DNA from: Lama guanicoe
Taxonomy: Eukaryota
Direction: 5' to 3'
NCBI GenBank assembly: GCA_013239625.1
Contig: MU054001.1
Span: 1,243,884 to 1,307,883 of the forward strand
DNA length: 64,000 nucleotides
Both the position numbers and the translations under genes were made by a program. The notes under the pieces are model-generated. The model was not told the origin of the DNA. It saw nothing but the letters and a program-made list of their open reading frames with translations, and made no database searches. Position 1 is the first letter of the stretch. Every line of letters starts with the position of its first letter. This document shows positions 27,700-40,535 of the stretch, in pieces.

Positions 27700-28200
27700 G
27701 GTATTAGGGCATTCTTTTAAATAAAAGCAGGAACGTTGATGCTTCTTCTAATCTAAGCCAACAATGGCACTATTGACAGAGTCCCAAAGCAGCTCACAAT
27801 ATTCCCCATAATTAAGAGGGATGGTTGGCATCAGAGGGACCAGAAATGTTCTGTAGATTAACTGCTTACTTCATTGCTAATGACTGCCCAATTTCTTTAG
27901 ACTAATTGGAGCAATCTACATTTTTGCAGGAAAGATGAAGTATCAACTTGATTTGGTGTCGATAAAAAATTGATGGATGCTTCTGACTGCTACTTCTCAA
28001 CAATACACGGATTATTACTACTGTAATTATCATAAATGACAAAACATGGGCAAGTGGTGATTACAAGTCTAATTCTATCTTGAGGTTTTAATGGCATAAA
28101 CCACTCAGGCTTTACGCTCATGATTTACTGCATCATCAAAATCCCTGAAAGGATTACCCTTGGGTGAATGCCACTCATTATCTTACCAATAATGCATTGG
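27700..28200. promoter_or_regulatory. Candidate conserved non-coding element
   Basis: AACAATGG 27760, TGACAG 27774, TAATTA 27809, CATAAA motifs, TGATTTAC 28121; repeat-free. Confidence 0.45.
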
Positions 28201-28929
28201 TTTGGCCCAACATGGAACACATAATCAAGACTGAGTTCTTGGAAAAGCCCTTTTAAAATATTTAAATCTCTAGCTTGAGAAGGAAGCATGTACCGGCCAA
28301 AATCTTTCCCTTCTTGTCTGGATGTTACAGTCGTATTTTCCTCTGACATGTACAGAGGCTGGATATCTCTGTGTCACAAAACAGCCTACCGATCTGTATG
28401 CCAGTGCTGGAGATGCTGTTATCACCTTGGTTAATGCTACCAAGTGCCACCAGAGTGCCATCAACCAGGTAGAGAGAAAAGGTTATAAACCTCACATGCT
28501 CCCCACCTGGCTGGGCACCAACACTAGACCTGCAGGGTCGCCTTTCTCTGGGGGAAGAGGACAGGGAGGAAGGCAGGGAGGAAGAATTTGCTATTATTTG
28601 GGAGAAATGCAAGGAACATCTTGTGTTACAATAAAAGACGCTTCAGCTGCAGCAGAGGCAGCTCCAGTACCAGGGAGACCATAGACTGGGATTGCAAAAT
28701 AAAATGCCTCCAAAGTCCAGGTGGGCAACCAAAGAGGAAGCACAATGAAAATGAGGGGTAGTGGCGACCAGGGAAGAGCTATTCCCTGTAAAACCGGCAG
28801 CTACCCATTGCTGCCGAGTGATTGTGGCCAGGTGGAAAGGGACCGGTATTGTTCAGTCTTTTTTTTTCCCCAAGAGAAGTCAGACATCTTCATTTGTATG
28901 TGAAATATCCAGGTTTTAAAATGAGGGAA

Positions 28930-29510
28930 TTCTAATTCAAATAGATACATGCACCCCAATGTTCATAGCAGCACTATTTACCAAAGACATGGAAACAACT
29001 TAAATGTCCATCAACAGATGACTGGATAAAGAAGTTGTGGTATATTTATACAATGGAATATTACTCAGCCATAAAAAATAAAATAATGCCATTTGCAGCA
29101 ACATGGATGGTCCTAGAGATCATCATTCTAAGAGATGGAAACCAGAAAGTGAAAGAAAAATACCATATGATATCACTCATATGTGGAATCTTAAAAAATA
29201 AAAAGACACGAACTTATTTATAAATCAGAAATGGACTCACAGACAGAAAACAAACTTATGGCTACTGGGGGACAGGGGGTGGGAAGGGATAAATTGGGGG
29301 TTTGAGATTGGCAGATACTAACTACTACATATAAAATAGATGAACAACAAATTTCTTCTATATAGCACAGGGAACTATATTCAGTATCTTGTAACATAAC
29401 AAAGAATATGAAAATGAATATATGTATATATATGTCTGAAATATTATGCTGTACATCATAAATTGACACCACATTGTACACTGACTATACTTCAATTTTA
29501 AAAATGTCAA
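28930..29510 (+). mobile_element. 5'-truncated young L1 (ORF2 C-terminus + 3' UTR)
   Basis: ORF 'WYIYTMEYYSAIKNKIMPFAATWMVLEIIIL' is the L1 ORF2 C-terminus; ends 'gactatacttcaa' plus A-rich tail. Confidence 0.95.
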
Positions 29511-29579
29511 AAAACCAAAAAGCAAACCACCTCCTCCCCTCAAAAAATAAATGTCGGCAAACAACTACATTTTTAACAT

Positions 29580-29800
29580 AATGGTTAAGAGAATGGATTT
29601 TGGGATCAGACTGCCTGGAGGTGGCTGTTAGCTGTGCTAACATGTGGGACACATCACTTAATCTGAATGTCAGTCTTCCTCACAGGTAAATGGGGAGAGT
29701 AACTGCCCCCCACTTCATAGAGTTGTTTTGAGGATGAAACGAAGGAATAAAGGAAGGTGCATAAAATCATCCTGACACATCGTAATTGCTCAATAGCTAC
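29580..29800 (+). mobile_element. MIR SINE
   Basis: 'tggttaagagaatggattttgggatcagactgcctgg...cctcacaggtaaatggggag...catagagttgttttgaggatgaa'. Confidence 0.8.
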
Positions 29801-29889
29801 CACTGTTACCTGAGGCTGGATCTGGCCTCCTGGCTCTTAGATTGTGACCTCTGTTGTCGAAAGAAACGGAATGTGAGGTAAGACAGAAA

Positions 29890-30113
29890 CCTGGCCAAGA
29901 GCTATGGCTCTGAGGTCAAGCACGTGAGTTGGAATTCTGTTCTCCCTACTTGCTGGAGGCTGTCTGACCCTAAGTCACTTGATGAAGGCTCGGCCTTCTC
30001 ATCTGGCAACTAGGGATAACAAAGTGTCTGCTTTATAGAGTATTGTGAGGATGAAGTTTAGAAATCTCCCTAAGCATGCAGCAGAGGATCTGGCATACGT
30101 TCAGTAAACAGTT
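29890..30113 (+). mobile_element. MIR SINE
   Basis: 'ggctctgaggtcaag...ttctcatctggcaactagggataac...gtattgtgaggatgaa'. Confidence 0.7.
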
Positions 30114-30127
30114 AAGAAATATGAATA

Positions 30128-30340
30128 AATAAACACGTAGAGCATGGGGAACTATATTCAACACTTTGTAATGGCCTATAATGAAAAAGAATATGAAAAA
30201 GGAGATATATATATATATATATGTATATATGTGTGAAAATGAATCACTAGGCTGTGCACCAGTAATTAACACAACATTGTAAATCCACTATACTTCAGTT
30301 AAAAATAAGTAAATAAAAATAAAAGTGAAAGATATAAAAA
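30128..30340 (+). mobile_element. Short L1 3' terminus with perfect 14-nt target-site duplication
   Basis: TSD AAGAAATATGAATA at 30114-30127 and 30341-30354; body matches the 3' UTR of the 48506 L1. Confidence 0.93.
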
Positions 30341-30564
30341 AAGAAATATGAATAGTCATTATTCATGTTCTTTTTTAAGTTGAATTTTTCAGAAGTCTTC
30401 ACATTTTAAAATCTTTTTTAAAAAGCTGGTCCAAACTTTCTGCTCTTGTCCCAGAGTCCCTTCTGCTGTGGGCATAGTTTTATTATTTTATTGTTAGTTA
30501 TTGACCATGGGAAATTCCCTTTTGAAGATTAATCTTTTGGGTTTTTTTTTAAAGTGATAATTGA

Positions 30565-30622
<58 letters not shown>

Positions 30623-30668
30623 GTTTTTCTTTCTTTTCCTTCCCTCCTTCTTTCTTTCTCTCTTTCTT

Positions 30669-30710
<42 letters not shown>

Positions 30711-30713
30711 TCT
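30565..30713. repeat. Compound microsatellite (TTTC)n-(TC)-(TCTG)n-(TCTA)n forming the SINE tail
   Basis: Seen directly, immediately 3' (minus strand) of the SINE at 30725. Confidence 0.95.
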
Positions 30714-30724
30714 TTCCCCTTAAC

Positions 30725-30795
30725 GGAGGCACTGGGGATTGAACCCAGGACCTACGCCAAGCACGCGCTCTACCACTGAGCTACACTCCCACCCC
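30725..30795 (-). mobile_element. tRNA-Ala-derived SINE, camelid vic-1-like
   Basis: Minus strand reads TAGCTCAGTGGTAGAGC...GGTCCTGGGTTCAATCCCCAGT (A and B boxes) followed by a simple-repeat tail. Confidence 0.85.
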
Positions 30796-33729
30796 TCTCT
30801 GTTGTTTTCTGAGGTGCTTCTTCAATGATTACAACTGTCACCAAATGCAAAGAACTGCTGTTAACACACAACTCTGAGTGTAAACAGTACAGGGGATGCA
30901 CAGTCTTAGGAGTGAAAGTTGCTATAAGATTTTACATGAAACATAACTGTTTCTGTTATATGGAAATATCTGACAACATCCAGTTGAAGGGCGTCTGCAG
31001 TTGAAATATCCAGGACATCTCTCTCCATTTAAAAAAGCCTGAAAATCCGTGCACATCTTAACAGCACAGACTTCAGGCAAGCTAGACCCGGGCCAGTGAC
31101 GTGAGAACGGCGCTCTCCAGCTGAGCCGTGGGAGTGATTGCTTGGTTCGGTCGACCAAAATTCTTCCACACACCAGACCAAAGGAGGCTCCCCAGTTTGC
31201 CTCCTGGTGCAACTCTCATTGGGGGGCCCCTGTACATTTCCTCTCTGAAAAAGACAGAGCTTCAACCGAAGTGCTGCAGGCTTCTGAAAACCAAAGCCCA
31301 TCTATCACTAGCAAAGAAAAATGCATTTCCTTTCAAACACTTGTGAGTGAGACAGGATACAGATTATACTAGAAGTGTCAACAGGCGTACATTGCCGAAA
31401 GTGGACATGCTTCAAGTCACCACGGGTCCTCTATCACTTGCTCGTGACTTTCAAATACCCTTTCGAGTGCATGGAGAATCTTATATGTCACAGCTATTTG
31501 GGAAAATAAATTACGGGGATGATCTGGTATTCCAAGAACCACCAGACTGTCAGGTACAGGCTTCTGTTTCCTAATATCAAGTTTTACTCTGTGGGCTCAC
31601 CAGGTAAACCTCCGGGCTTCTCCAAATCTCAAACCATCGAAAGTGAGTCAATTAATACGAAAAAGCTGGGCTTTGCAACTGCAAGTTATCTGAAATCTTC
31701 CAAAAGAAACTTCTCCTTTAGGTAACAATCTCCATAGCTTTCTTACTGTTTTATACACCTGGTCATGGATATTACAACAACTGGATGTAAAACTAACTTT
31801 GTTTTCTCTGAGATCATTTAAATATGGAAAAATCATGTTCCTAATGACATCCTCAGTTACCTCAGTCTCTTCTCCTGTGAGTATGGCGATCACCTGACGT
31901 ACAAGAGTCAGAGGTGAGTGAGATTAAGAGGAGGTTTCCTCTGGAAATAGTCTAATGTAACCATCCACCCTCCTTCCTTCCCCTGCCCCACCCCTCCAAG
32001 ACTCATGACTTCAAAATGCCTAAATCCAATGAGATATCACTTACTGTCGGGGATGCACATACCAGAGGAAGTGCTGGGGATAAAGGAAATCTGTGAATCA
32101 GAGAAAGATGTTGGTATGCAAGATTGAAGATATACCAGCTGGCCCACTGCTTCAGCTGGTTTCCAGAGGCCAGGAAGAAATTAGTCTCACAGTTCAGTTA
32201 AAAGAACACCTGGCCATTCACCCAGAGGCACAAATTCACTCTTGAACAGGGTTATCTTTGTTTCCATACCAAACACACCTAGGAATGAAGTTATTTAAAA
32301 TCCTGTGACTCTCACTGTCCTAAATTGCTCGCGCGTTCATAAAATTCAGGAGGTGGGGAAGAGGGGGCAGGGACTGGGGGTAAAAATAGTAGTGTCAACA
32401 GGACTGATTTTAAAGGCTGGGATGGGCTCCCTCTGACCATTACAACTGGGTTGGGGCATGTCACATGAATTTCCCAGACATTTTAATGAAGATTTACAAA
32501 TGTGAAGAGCTAGGAGGGGAGGAATTGTATTAAAGTCAAAGAATGAATGCTCTGCCCACAACCAAAAAGACACATTAGAGCCACTGAGGCTTAGAAGGAC
32601 AGGTACCTTAGCTCAGCGTTCCCCTGTTTGTTGGGGTCTGTGCAAAGCTCAAAGTGACAGTCAGAAATAAACTCAAGTTCCTCAATGGCTTATGAGTGTG
32701 GGCAGTATCATTTTACAGCTGAACCCTCAACTGTGACACGAACTCCTCTTTCTCCGAAGAAGGGTCAAGTTGAATCTTGCCATGAAGCACAGAGCAGTGT
32801 GGCTGGGTGGGGCGAGTCATGGAGAAAGCTACCTGACGCTGGAGGAGATTACTGGGCTGGATTCACAGCAGAAAGGCCAGATGTGTACGTAGGAGGCAGC
32901 TGTCGGTGGGGGGAGAGGACAGTGTGGTAGTGGAGGAGTCGGCAACTTGTGAAGGCAGAACGTACTGGCAGGTACCACTGGCACAAGGCTTGCTGGGAGG
33001 CCTGGGCAGACAGATCCAAGGTGGAATGCAGCCTGGGAACTGGGCTCCTGGGAGATACCATCTTGAAACTAGTATCAGGCACTGATCTTTGGGAAAACTC
33101 CAACTGCTGATTTTATTGCTCACTTGTTCTTCTTCCCAGTAAATTTCCACCTTTTTTTCTTGACCTGTTTATGGACATCCTCCAGTTTCCTTTCTTGCTT
33201 CTATCAGTCACTTTGCAATTTTTTTTTTAACTGAGGTATAATTTACACCATCTAAGAGCACAGTTTGATGAACTGAGAGGAATTTTAAAATTTGGAAATC
33301 ACTGTTTTTCTTTTTCTTTTTTTGCAAATCACTTTAAAGGTGCAGAAAAGTTACAAGAATAGTACCCCCATACGTCCATCTACTCTTTATCCAAATTTAT
33401 CCATAAACACCACAGTGGCAAAAGGAATCTCATAGCAATCAATGTGTGTTTACTAAACACCCATGGTGGAATGACCCCGAGCTTCGTGCTGGGAGAGGAC
33501 AAGAATGACAGTCTCTTTCCTCCAGGAACTTACAATTCAGTTGTTAGGTACCAACAAGATGGCCACTGTCACATTCAAATTTGAAAATGAAGTCTGAGCC
33601 TCTGGAGATAGCTTTATCTGTGGATGCTGGCATGGGGAAGAAACTGGAGGCAACTACAGTTCCTGGCAGGAACTATAATTTGGCAATCGACCCATTTCCC
33701 CAAATGGGTCAAACAGTATCAGTAACCGG

Positions 33730-33985
33730 GCATATTCAGATGCATTAACTAGGGGGAAAAAGGAGGAAGGGTTCCTTGGTCAAGTACACTTGGGAAATAT
33801 TCACTGAGGCAATGCTCATCAAGTAGTTTCCTAGATTCCAGTCTTCCCTCAGAGCCTTTACTGGGCTCTGCTAATGGGCTTTGTGAATCTCCAAGAAAGG
33901 GGGAAGGCTATAGAATATTCCTTATTTCCCAAAGACATTAGACTAGCTCACACGATTGGTGCCCCACGGAACACTCTTTGGAAGC
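33730..33985. mobile_element. Ancient non-autonomous DNA transposon (hAT-like, family unassigned)
   Basis: Internal inverted motifs 'ggtcaa..ttgggaaat' / 'atttcccaaa'; similar to 42340-42600. Confidence 0.45.
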
Positions 33986-34449
33986 TTGAAGGAAGCTTGT
34001 ACTCTCAAAGAAGAAACTAGAAAAATTTGTGAAGTTACATGCAAATAATTGCAAAACATTACAGCCCAAGTCGGTAAGTAGGTACTTCAGCGATCGAGTT
34101 TGTAACTGCATCACATGATTGCTGCTCAAGAACCTTAATTAGCTCCCAAACACTCACTGGATCAGGTCTAGACTTGGCAGAGGTAATGGAAGGAGCTGGG
34201 AACCTACATTTATTGAGTATCTATCAAGTGCCAGGTGTTGTTTTTCTGCACAAGATCTTGTAAAGGACATGGGTTCCTCGGATTACCTGCTTTGGCCTCT
34301 ACTGTGGCCTCGGCACCAGCACAGGGTCTGACACTTAGCAGGAACCTGATGAATATTTCTGGAATAGAAACGAATCTGTTTCACAGTGTGACAGTGAGTT
34401 CATCAGATGGATTTCCATAAGCTACGTTTAAATGTTTCATTATTAGACC

Positions 34450-34795
34450 AAAGAGGTCATTAGATGGTGGCCCCCAGCCTGCAGACGGTGCTTTGCTTGA
34501 CTTGTACAGGGTTTTAAGATAAACTGACAACATTTAAAGGAGCTGGGAGATTTTTAAAAATCCAGATTCATTTCCAGCTTCTTCTGAAATATCAGAAGAT
34601 ATGGATGCAACACGGGACCAGCTCTCAAAGGGCCACATCCAGTGCAGAGCGGAGGGGTGGCTGTACTGGAGAACAGTTTGCCACTGTCCCTACCACTCTC
34701 TATTGTCTCCACACCGGAGGCCACATCTCTGTTGCCAGTGATGACTGAGCTGGTATTCCTGGGCATTGTAAGCATTTGAGTTTGTGATTTCTGAT
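34450..34795. mobile_element. MER102-like hAT-Charlie DNA transposon
   Basis: 'cagtttgccactgtccctaccactctctattgtctccacacc', 'aaaatccagatt...tccagcttcttctgaaatatcagaagat'. Confidence 0.7.
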
Positions 34796-34799
34796 CTAT

Positions 34800-35045
34800 A
34801 ATAACAATAACCAACCTATGTTGTGCTTATCACATGCCAGATACCATTCTCAACACCTTTTATATGTATTAATTCACAACAACCTTACAAGGTGGGTACT
34901 CTTATCACCTGCCCTTTACAGACGACGATCCAAGCAGAGGAGAGGTGAGCCACGTGCTCTGGGTTTCATCTCTAGTAAGTGGCACAGTGGGCTCTGACTC
35001 AGACCATCTGGCTCCAGCGTCTGCTCTTTAACACCATGGTCTACT
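34800..35045 (-). mobile_element. MIR SINE
   Basis: 'gtgcttatcacatgccagatacc...ttcacaacaaccttacaaggtgggtact...tttacagacg...gtaagtggcacagtggg'. Confidence 0.8.
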
Positions 35046-36529
35046 TGCCTCCGTCACACAGATATATTTTATTACCCCTAATTGTCTTCACATTTTTCAT
35101 GGATATTCATCTTGTATTCCCCCCAAACTATACTGGCCTCAAAGGCATAAAATGCATCATCTTTCTGTTGTGTTTTACTTCGGCAGATTTTTTTTTTCCC
35201 CAGTGCCCTTTGATTTCACTTGATCAGGATGATCTGGATAAGTAAACATATTTCACAATTCCCCTCACCTCCATTAGGAAGCTAGCCAAGGTCTGGCTCC
35301 CCAAGAGCAAGCTCGGTGTTGGCCAAAACTGCCACGGGCTGGCAGCCCGACACGGCTGCGAATGGAAGTCAGCCTTCACACTTCTCACACTGACAAACAA
35401 CCACAAGCTTGCGTTCCACAGACTCTGGGCTGACGGCTGGAATACACATGTATTAAGTTTCATTAGTTCCCCCATTTGGTTCAGTGTGGGTTTACCCACA
35501 CAGCTGGCTTGGAGCCTGTCCTTTCACTTAAATTAGTTCTAGTTCTCTACAGTTTTGATTTACTGACAAAGCACTCTCTTTATCTAGTAAGGGCACAAGA
35601 GTTTTGTCTGGGTGGTAGAGACAAATTGTGTTTGTCTGGCTGTACGGAAACCGTGGTTGGTACAATTGGGCCAGTTGGGTCATTTAGCATTTCCACGTGG
35701 GGCACTGCCTAGAGAAAGGTGTTTTAATTACTAATTAGTCCATATCAGCAAAGGCAATGTATTTTCCATTATTTCTTTACTGGGGATTCTGATTCATAAA
35801 ATATCTTAGGGAAAACACATTTTACGTTACCGAGTCTTTGATTTCCCAGGGAAACTAATAAATAATCAACAAAAATATGATTAAAGGCTGCTTGAACTAC
35901 CATCCAAAAAGGAACTCTAGCCGGCAAAGAATCTTTCTGATCTGAATCTTTTTATTCCTAGAAACAGAATTCTTACTTAGCCTTTCAAAAGCCTGATGAA
36001 GGCTTTGGCTAAGTTTTGACATAAGATTTTCATATTCAAAATATCTGTTGAAATAAGGGGAGAAGGGATATGAATCTTGAAACTGCATTAGTCTGAAATA
36101 GAGCTTAGTAAGCTAGAAAGGGAAATTACTTCTCTGTAATTGGAATTCTCTCCTAAAAAATCCCTTTGAAATCATGTTCAGCTACTTTCCCATTTTGTGT
36201 CCCAGGGAAGCTAACTTTAACCCTTTCTGGAACTACCCACCATAAAAATTATTTGATGTTTATAAACTGCTCTGGGAAGAGATTCCTGAGCAATGGTCTG
36301 TGTCATCAAAGAACTTAATAATAAACGAGTGGCTCCCAAGAGTCCTAGACGCAGTTAATAACGTTTTCTCCAGGACACCTCCTCCCATTAGAACACTGCT
36401 GTTTATATTCATGTATCGCGTTCATCTTGGCCATACAGTTCTAAGACAGGCGCCAGAAAAATCCCCCAATCTGAGTTCCATTACCTTTGAAATGACTTAA
36501 CTAAACTCTGCCCCGGCGCAGTTCTCTAA

Positions 36530-36830
36530 GTTCTTTGAAGGCAGGGGCTGTGTTTGATCCTTCTTTGTATCTTTAATGTCCGTACTTAGTAGTTGCTTGA
36601 TAAATGCCTCATGAATCCTGAATGAGAACTGGCTGGGTAAGCAGGACAAGTTACTTAATTTCTATTCTCTTCAAGTTTTCTCAGCTGCAAAATGGTTGTA
36701 ATATCTTCCTCAAAGGATTCCCATGAGGATTAAATGAGTACATAAAAAGTAGTATGCGCTACATATATCAGCACAGTGCTTGGGAAACAGCCACGTTATA
36801 CAGCTACTAGTGCATTAATATAATAATAAC
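36530..36830 (+). mobile_element. L2 3' end followed by MIR core
   Basis: 'taagttctttgaaggcaggggctgtgt', then 'caagttacttaatttct...gttttctcagctgcaaaatgg...tgaggattaaatgag'. Confidence 0.65.
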
Positions 36831-37444
36831 AGTGTAATAATTACATACATAGCATATATATATATATTATATATAGGCTTTCCTTCCTTTTACATCTACT
36901 TTGATGTGAAGACAAGAAATCTGGTTCTGCCTGGAGGTAACCCATAATACTAAGGCATTCCACTGAATTTCCAGGTCATCAGGGTATACAGCTTCATCAC
37001 ATTAGAGTTGGTGCCTCGTATCAAAATCGTAAGAGTGTTCACCTGGCCTACGGGAGAATTCTCATGTGTAAGTGTGACATATCCTGCTTTGTACCTGTCC
37101 TCTTTTGTTAAGGATGCAAACCCCTTAAACGGCATGCGGTGCCTGACACGGGTGTTTCCTGGTTACTGGATGGCCACACCCTACGTCCATGCGGCAGCTC
37201 AGCACATGGTAACAATGAGCAAACATCAACTTGAATTTGATTTGGAAGACAGTTATATCCAAAGAATAACCAAACACGGGGAATTCTGCTGCTTTTAGTT
37301 GCAAAATTTTTAATACAGTCTTTTCCCCAAAAGATGTAACATGCTAAGTAATGATAATTAAACATTTTCCGAGCCTATTTCTTAATTGTATTTCTTGAAT
37401 ATAATTCACATTCTGGATGATTTACCCAGGTAAAGAGTATACAT

Positions 37445-37990
37445 CAGTGATTTTTAGTGTATTCCTTTCTGCCTACTCCAGCCCCATTAGACAACCAGTA
37501 ATCCACTCTCTGTCTCTTATAGGTTAGCCTATTCTGGACATTTCATATAAACGGGGACATACTGCATGGCATTTTGTAACTGGCTTCTTTCATTTAGCAT
37601 GTTTTCAAAATTCATCCACATTGTGGCATGTATTAGTACTTCATTTTCTAAACTCGCTGAATCGTATTCCATTGTACGGACAGACCACATTTTGAGTATC
37701 CATTGATTACTCGAGGGACATTTGGGTTGCTTCCATTTTTAGCCTTTATGAATAACGCTCCTCTAAACGTTTGTATATAAGTTTTGTAGAGATACATGTT
37801 TTTGTTTCTCTTGGACAACTAGGCGTGAAACTGCTGAATCAGATGGTAATTCTATGTTTAACAATTTTAAGAATTTCTAGTCTATTTTCCAAAGTGGCTA
37901 CAACATTTTATATCCACACCCGCTCCAGCAACATATAAGGGTTCTAATGTTTCCTTATTGTCATCAACATCTGTCATTATTTGTCTTTAC
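37445..37990 (-). mobile_element. Older L1 (L1MA/MB-like) 3' region
   Basis: 'gcctattctggacatttcatataaa', 'ggacatttgggttgcttccatttt', 'ttttccaaagtggctacaacatttta'. Confidence 0.85.
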
Positions 37991-39339
37991 GATGACATAC
38001 ATTTTTAAGAGAGCAAAACAATTTTTTTAAAGTATCACTGCTTTATAAATAATTGTAAAAGTCACTGTTTATTAAGAGCTTTGAAGATCTGAAGTGCTTC
38101 TGGAGTTGTAGAGGGTAAAGTGACTATCAAGAGAAGCAGAAATCTCTTTCTGTGAACCTGCCTCCAGTGGAAGAGAAGGATGAAGAGGTTTAAGTGGAAT
38201 ATATATGCTTCGAATTTGTTAAAAATGCATCTAGCTTCATAACCAGATAAAGAGGCTCCAATACTCCTGTTGGTGTCTCTTCCTAATCTTTTTCCACTCA
38301 TTTGCTTTTAGCTGGTAAAAAGGACTCATTCAAGTAGAAATCTGTTGCCTTTTTCTGGAAGTGTTTGGAATACGATGTTACCAATCATATGGCCCAAAGG
38401 AAGCGCTCTCTGAACTCAAATCCTACTAGGATTCCAAGGCTGGGCATGAAGCTGGTGGCTTACATGTTGTCCGAGAGCCCAACCTGGTGATCACAGGCTG
38501 AAAGGCAAGTTCCCAGGGGACACTGAGAAAGAGTAAGTCTTGAGAGGCTAGTTCAGTAGACTTAAAAGCCATAAAGTACAGTGGGTTGGATTAACACGCT
38601 TTCCCATCCCTAACTCCACTCTCATCATTTCACAAACCAAATGGAAGCAGAGATAAAATATGAAATCTACTGGTCTTTATAGATAAGTCTTTTCTTATGC
38701 TTTGGGAACAGGGGAAAGGGCACGGTTATCAGATTCTAAAGTCATCAGAGAAAGCAAAAACTGTGAAGAGTCAACATTACACTCAAAAATCCCTCAAAGT
38801 TGAACTCAAATATCGACCTGTCACTTTAGGTCAATATACCCTTTTTCAGTAAGTCCAACACAGCCAGGTGATCCCTCCATCACGGGAACAGATACAGTAC
38901 GTCAGTTAAGTGCCAAACGTTCAGTTAAGCAACAGAGTTGCCTTATGTTTGGGGGCCATGCTGTGCAAAAACAATATGTATCTTTAAGGTGTTAGGATCA
39001 CACTCAAAATAGGAAGATGTTCATCCTCTGAGAGGACGGCGCAGATTCCTGACTCCAGGGCAAGTGCTCGTGGAATGGAATGGCAGAGGAAGAACTATTT
39101 ATATTGCTATTGCTGTTTTTTCCTCCCTCTCTTGTTTAATGTAAGCTAATTAAAGACGTGTATGATGCCATTCACGGAAACGTGTTTCAGAAACCCGCAG
39201 TTTAGACAAAAGTCATCTTTGTCACAGATGACAAAGGAAGAGACTCGATTGCTAAAGAGATTTCCAATCACTGAATTCAGTAATCAAATTCCAGGGACCA
39301 GAAAAGGCTTCGGGCTTTTGCAGAAATGGACGACTAGGT

Positions 39340-39480
39340 AGATTCTATCTAGCATAAATCCTTCACTTTATAGCTGAGGAAAATGGGATCCAAAGATATT
39401 TAGTGACTTATCCAAGGTCACCAGGCTGATGAGTGGCCAAGCCCTGCCCGGAGTGCAGACTTTCTGACTCCTCGTTTACA
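39340..39480 (-). mobile_element. MIR core
   Basis: 'actttatagctgaggaaaatggg...agtgacttatccaaggtcacc'. Confidence 0.7.
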
Positions 39481-40345
39481 TTGTTAGAAAGTCTGATGAA
39501 TCAAAGAAATTGCTCAAAGGTAAAAGTATACCTAGTGGTTCCAACTGGACCAGTCATCACACATTATACCAATTAAAATGCAATATAGGGGTGATTATTG
39601 CTGTGCTTTAATCATATGGTGGTGTCTACAACATGCTGACGGACATGTGTTTTGGAAAAATCAAATAAAACCACAGAGCTGGTTGTCACAGGCTCTGTTT
39701 CTTTAATTTACATAGTCTCAGCTTGCCTTTGGGGAATTCACAGACCAAAGCAAAGCTGTCCCCTAGAGACACAGTTCTTAAAGCAGACTTATTCACTTTG
39801 TTGTTGCAGTCACTTATACTCAGAGACATCAGAATGGTAGCATGATTCTGCAGAATTACCTGGCAACTTCAGTTGGGACCAGAATCTCCCCTCTTAGCCA
39901 TCCCAGTAGCTGAGAAAAATATCCAGATTCTAGGATCTGACTTGGGCCCAAAAAGCTTAGAGAATTTTTTCTTTCCCCCTTGTAAATATATCTGTCCTCC
40001 ATTCTCCACCTCCACCCCCTTCCTTTTCTTTGAAATTTGAGTACGACTTCTAAGCCTGGTGACCTGTTGGAATATACTTGCTTGTTTGCTTTCTCCTGTG
40101 TTTTTCTTAATGCAGTAACTTGAAATGTCAACATGAGGTGACAAGTAAATCCTCAGTCAAAATAAGTTTGCAACCAAACAGGAGGAGGAAAAGAAAAAGC
40201 AGGGAGAACGCTGGCCGTGGAGGCTGCTGAATGGCGGCCAAATCCACGGCCAAAGCGCTAATAGAGCAGAGCATTCATCACATGAGCTCATTCCTGTTCT
40301 CTTATTCAGCAGGCTGCATTCTGCATCTTTTCCTCTGAGACTCAC

Positions 40346-40500
40346 CATTTGCTCTGACTTTGCAGCTAATGCAACAAATAGGTAAAGAGAGATCGCGGCT
40401 CGCTGTCTGGATGTAAACTCTGGCTACATTTCTCCAAGCCAGAGGTACCTCTCGGAAGAATGTCTGTCAATGGGGGCTGGGGAGCGGGCAGGGCGGGGAA
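40346..40500 (-). other. Candidate alternative first exon ending in ATG, with upstream GC box
   Basis: Minus strand ...GCAAATG|GTGAGT (consensus donor); GGGCGGGG at 40491-40498. Confidence 0.3.
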
Positions 40501-40535
40501 GTGTGTGTGTTGTTTTGTTGTTGTTTCTGTTTTTT

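Larger units (their letters stand above)
28685..29853. mobile_element. MER102-like hAT DNA transposon split by an L1 and a MIR
   Basis: Pieces at about 28685-28925, 29550-29580 and 29808-29853 match in order the reverse complement of the uninterrupted copy at 34450-34795. Confidence 0.6.

Noticed and set aside
30554..30779. Hydrophobic FLSF-repeat membrane peptide ORFs
   Set aside because: Translation of a (TTTC)n microsatellite.
31861..31893. Minus-strand 33-nt exon VIAILTGEETE
   Set aside because: Weak donor (GTAACT) and short pyrimidine tract; the sequence resembles the MIR core 'acagatgaggaaactgag'.
33689..33710. Hairpin GACCCATTT-CCCC-AAATGGGTC
   Set aside because: A 9-bp stem is near chance expectation in 64 kb and lies beside a DNA-transposon remnant.
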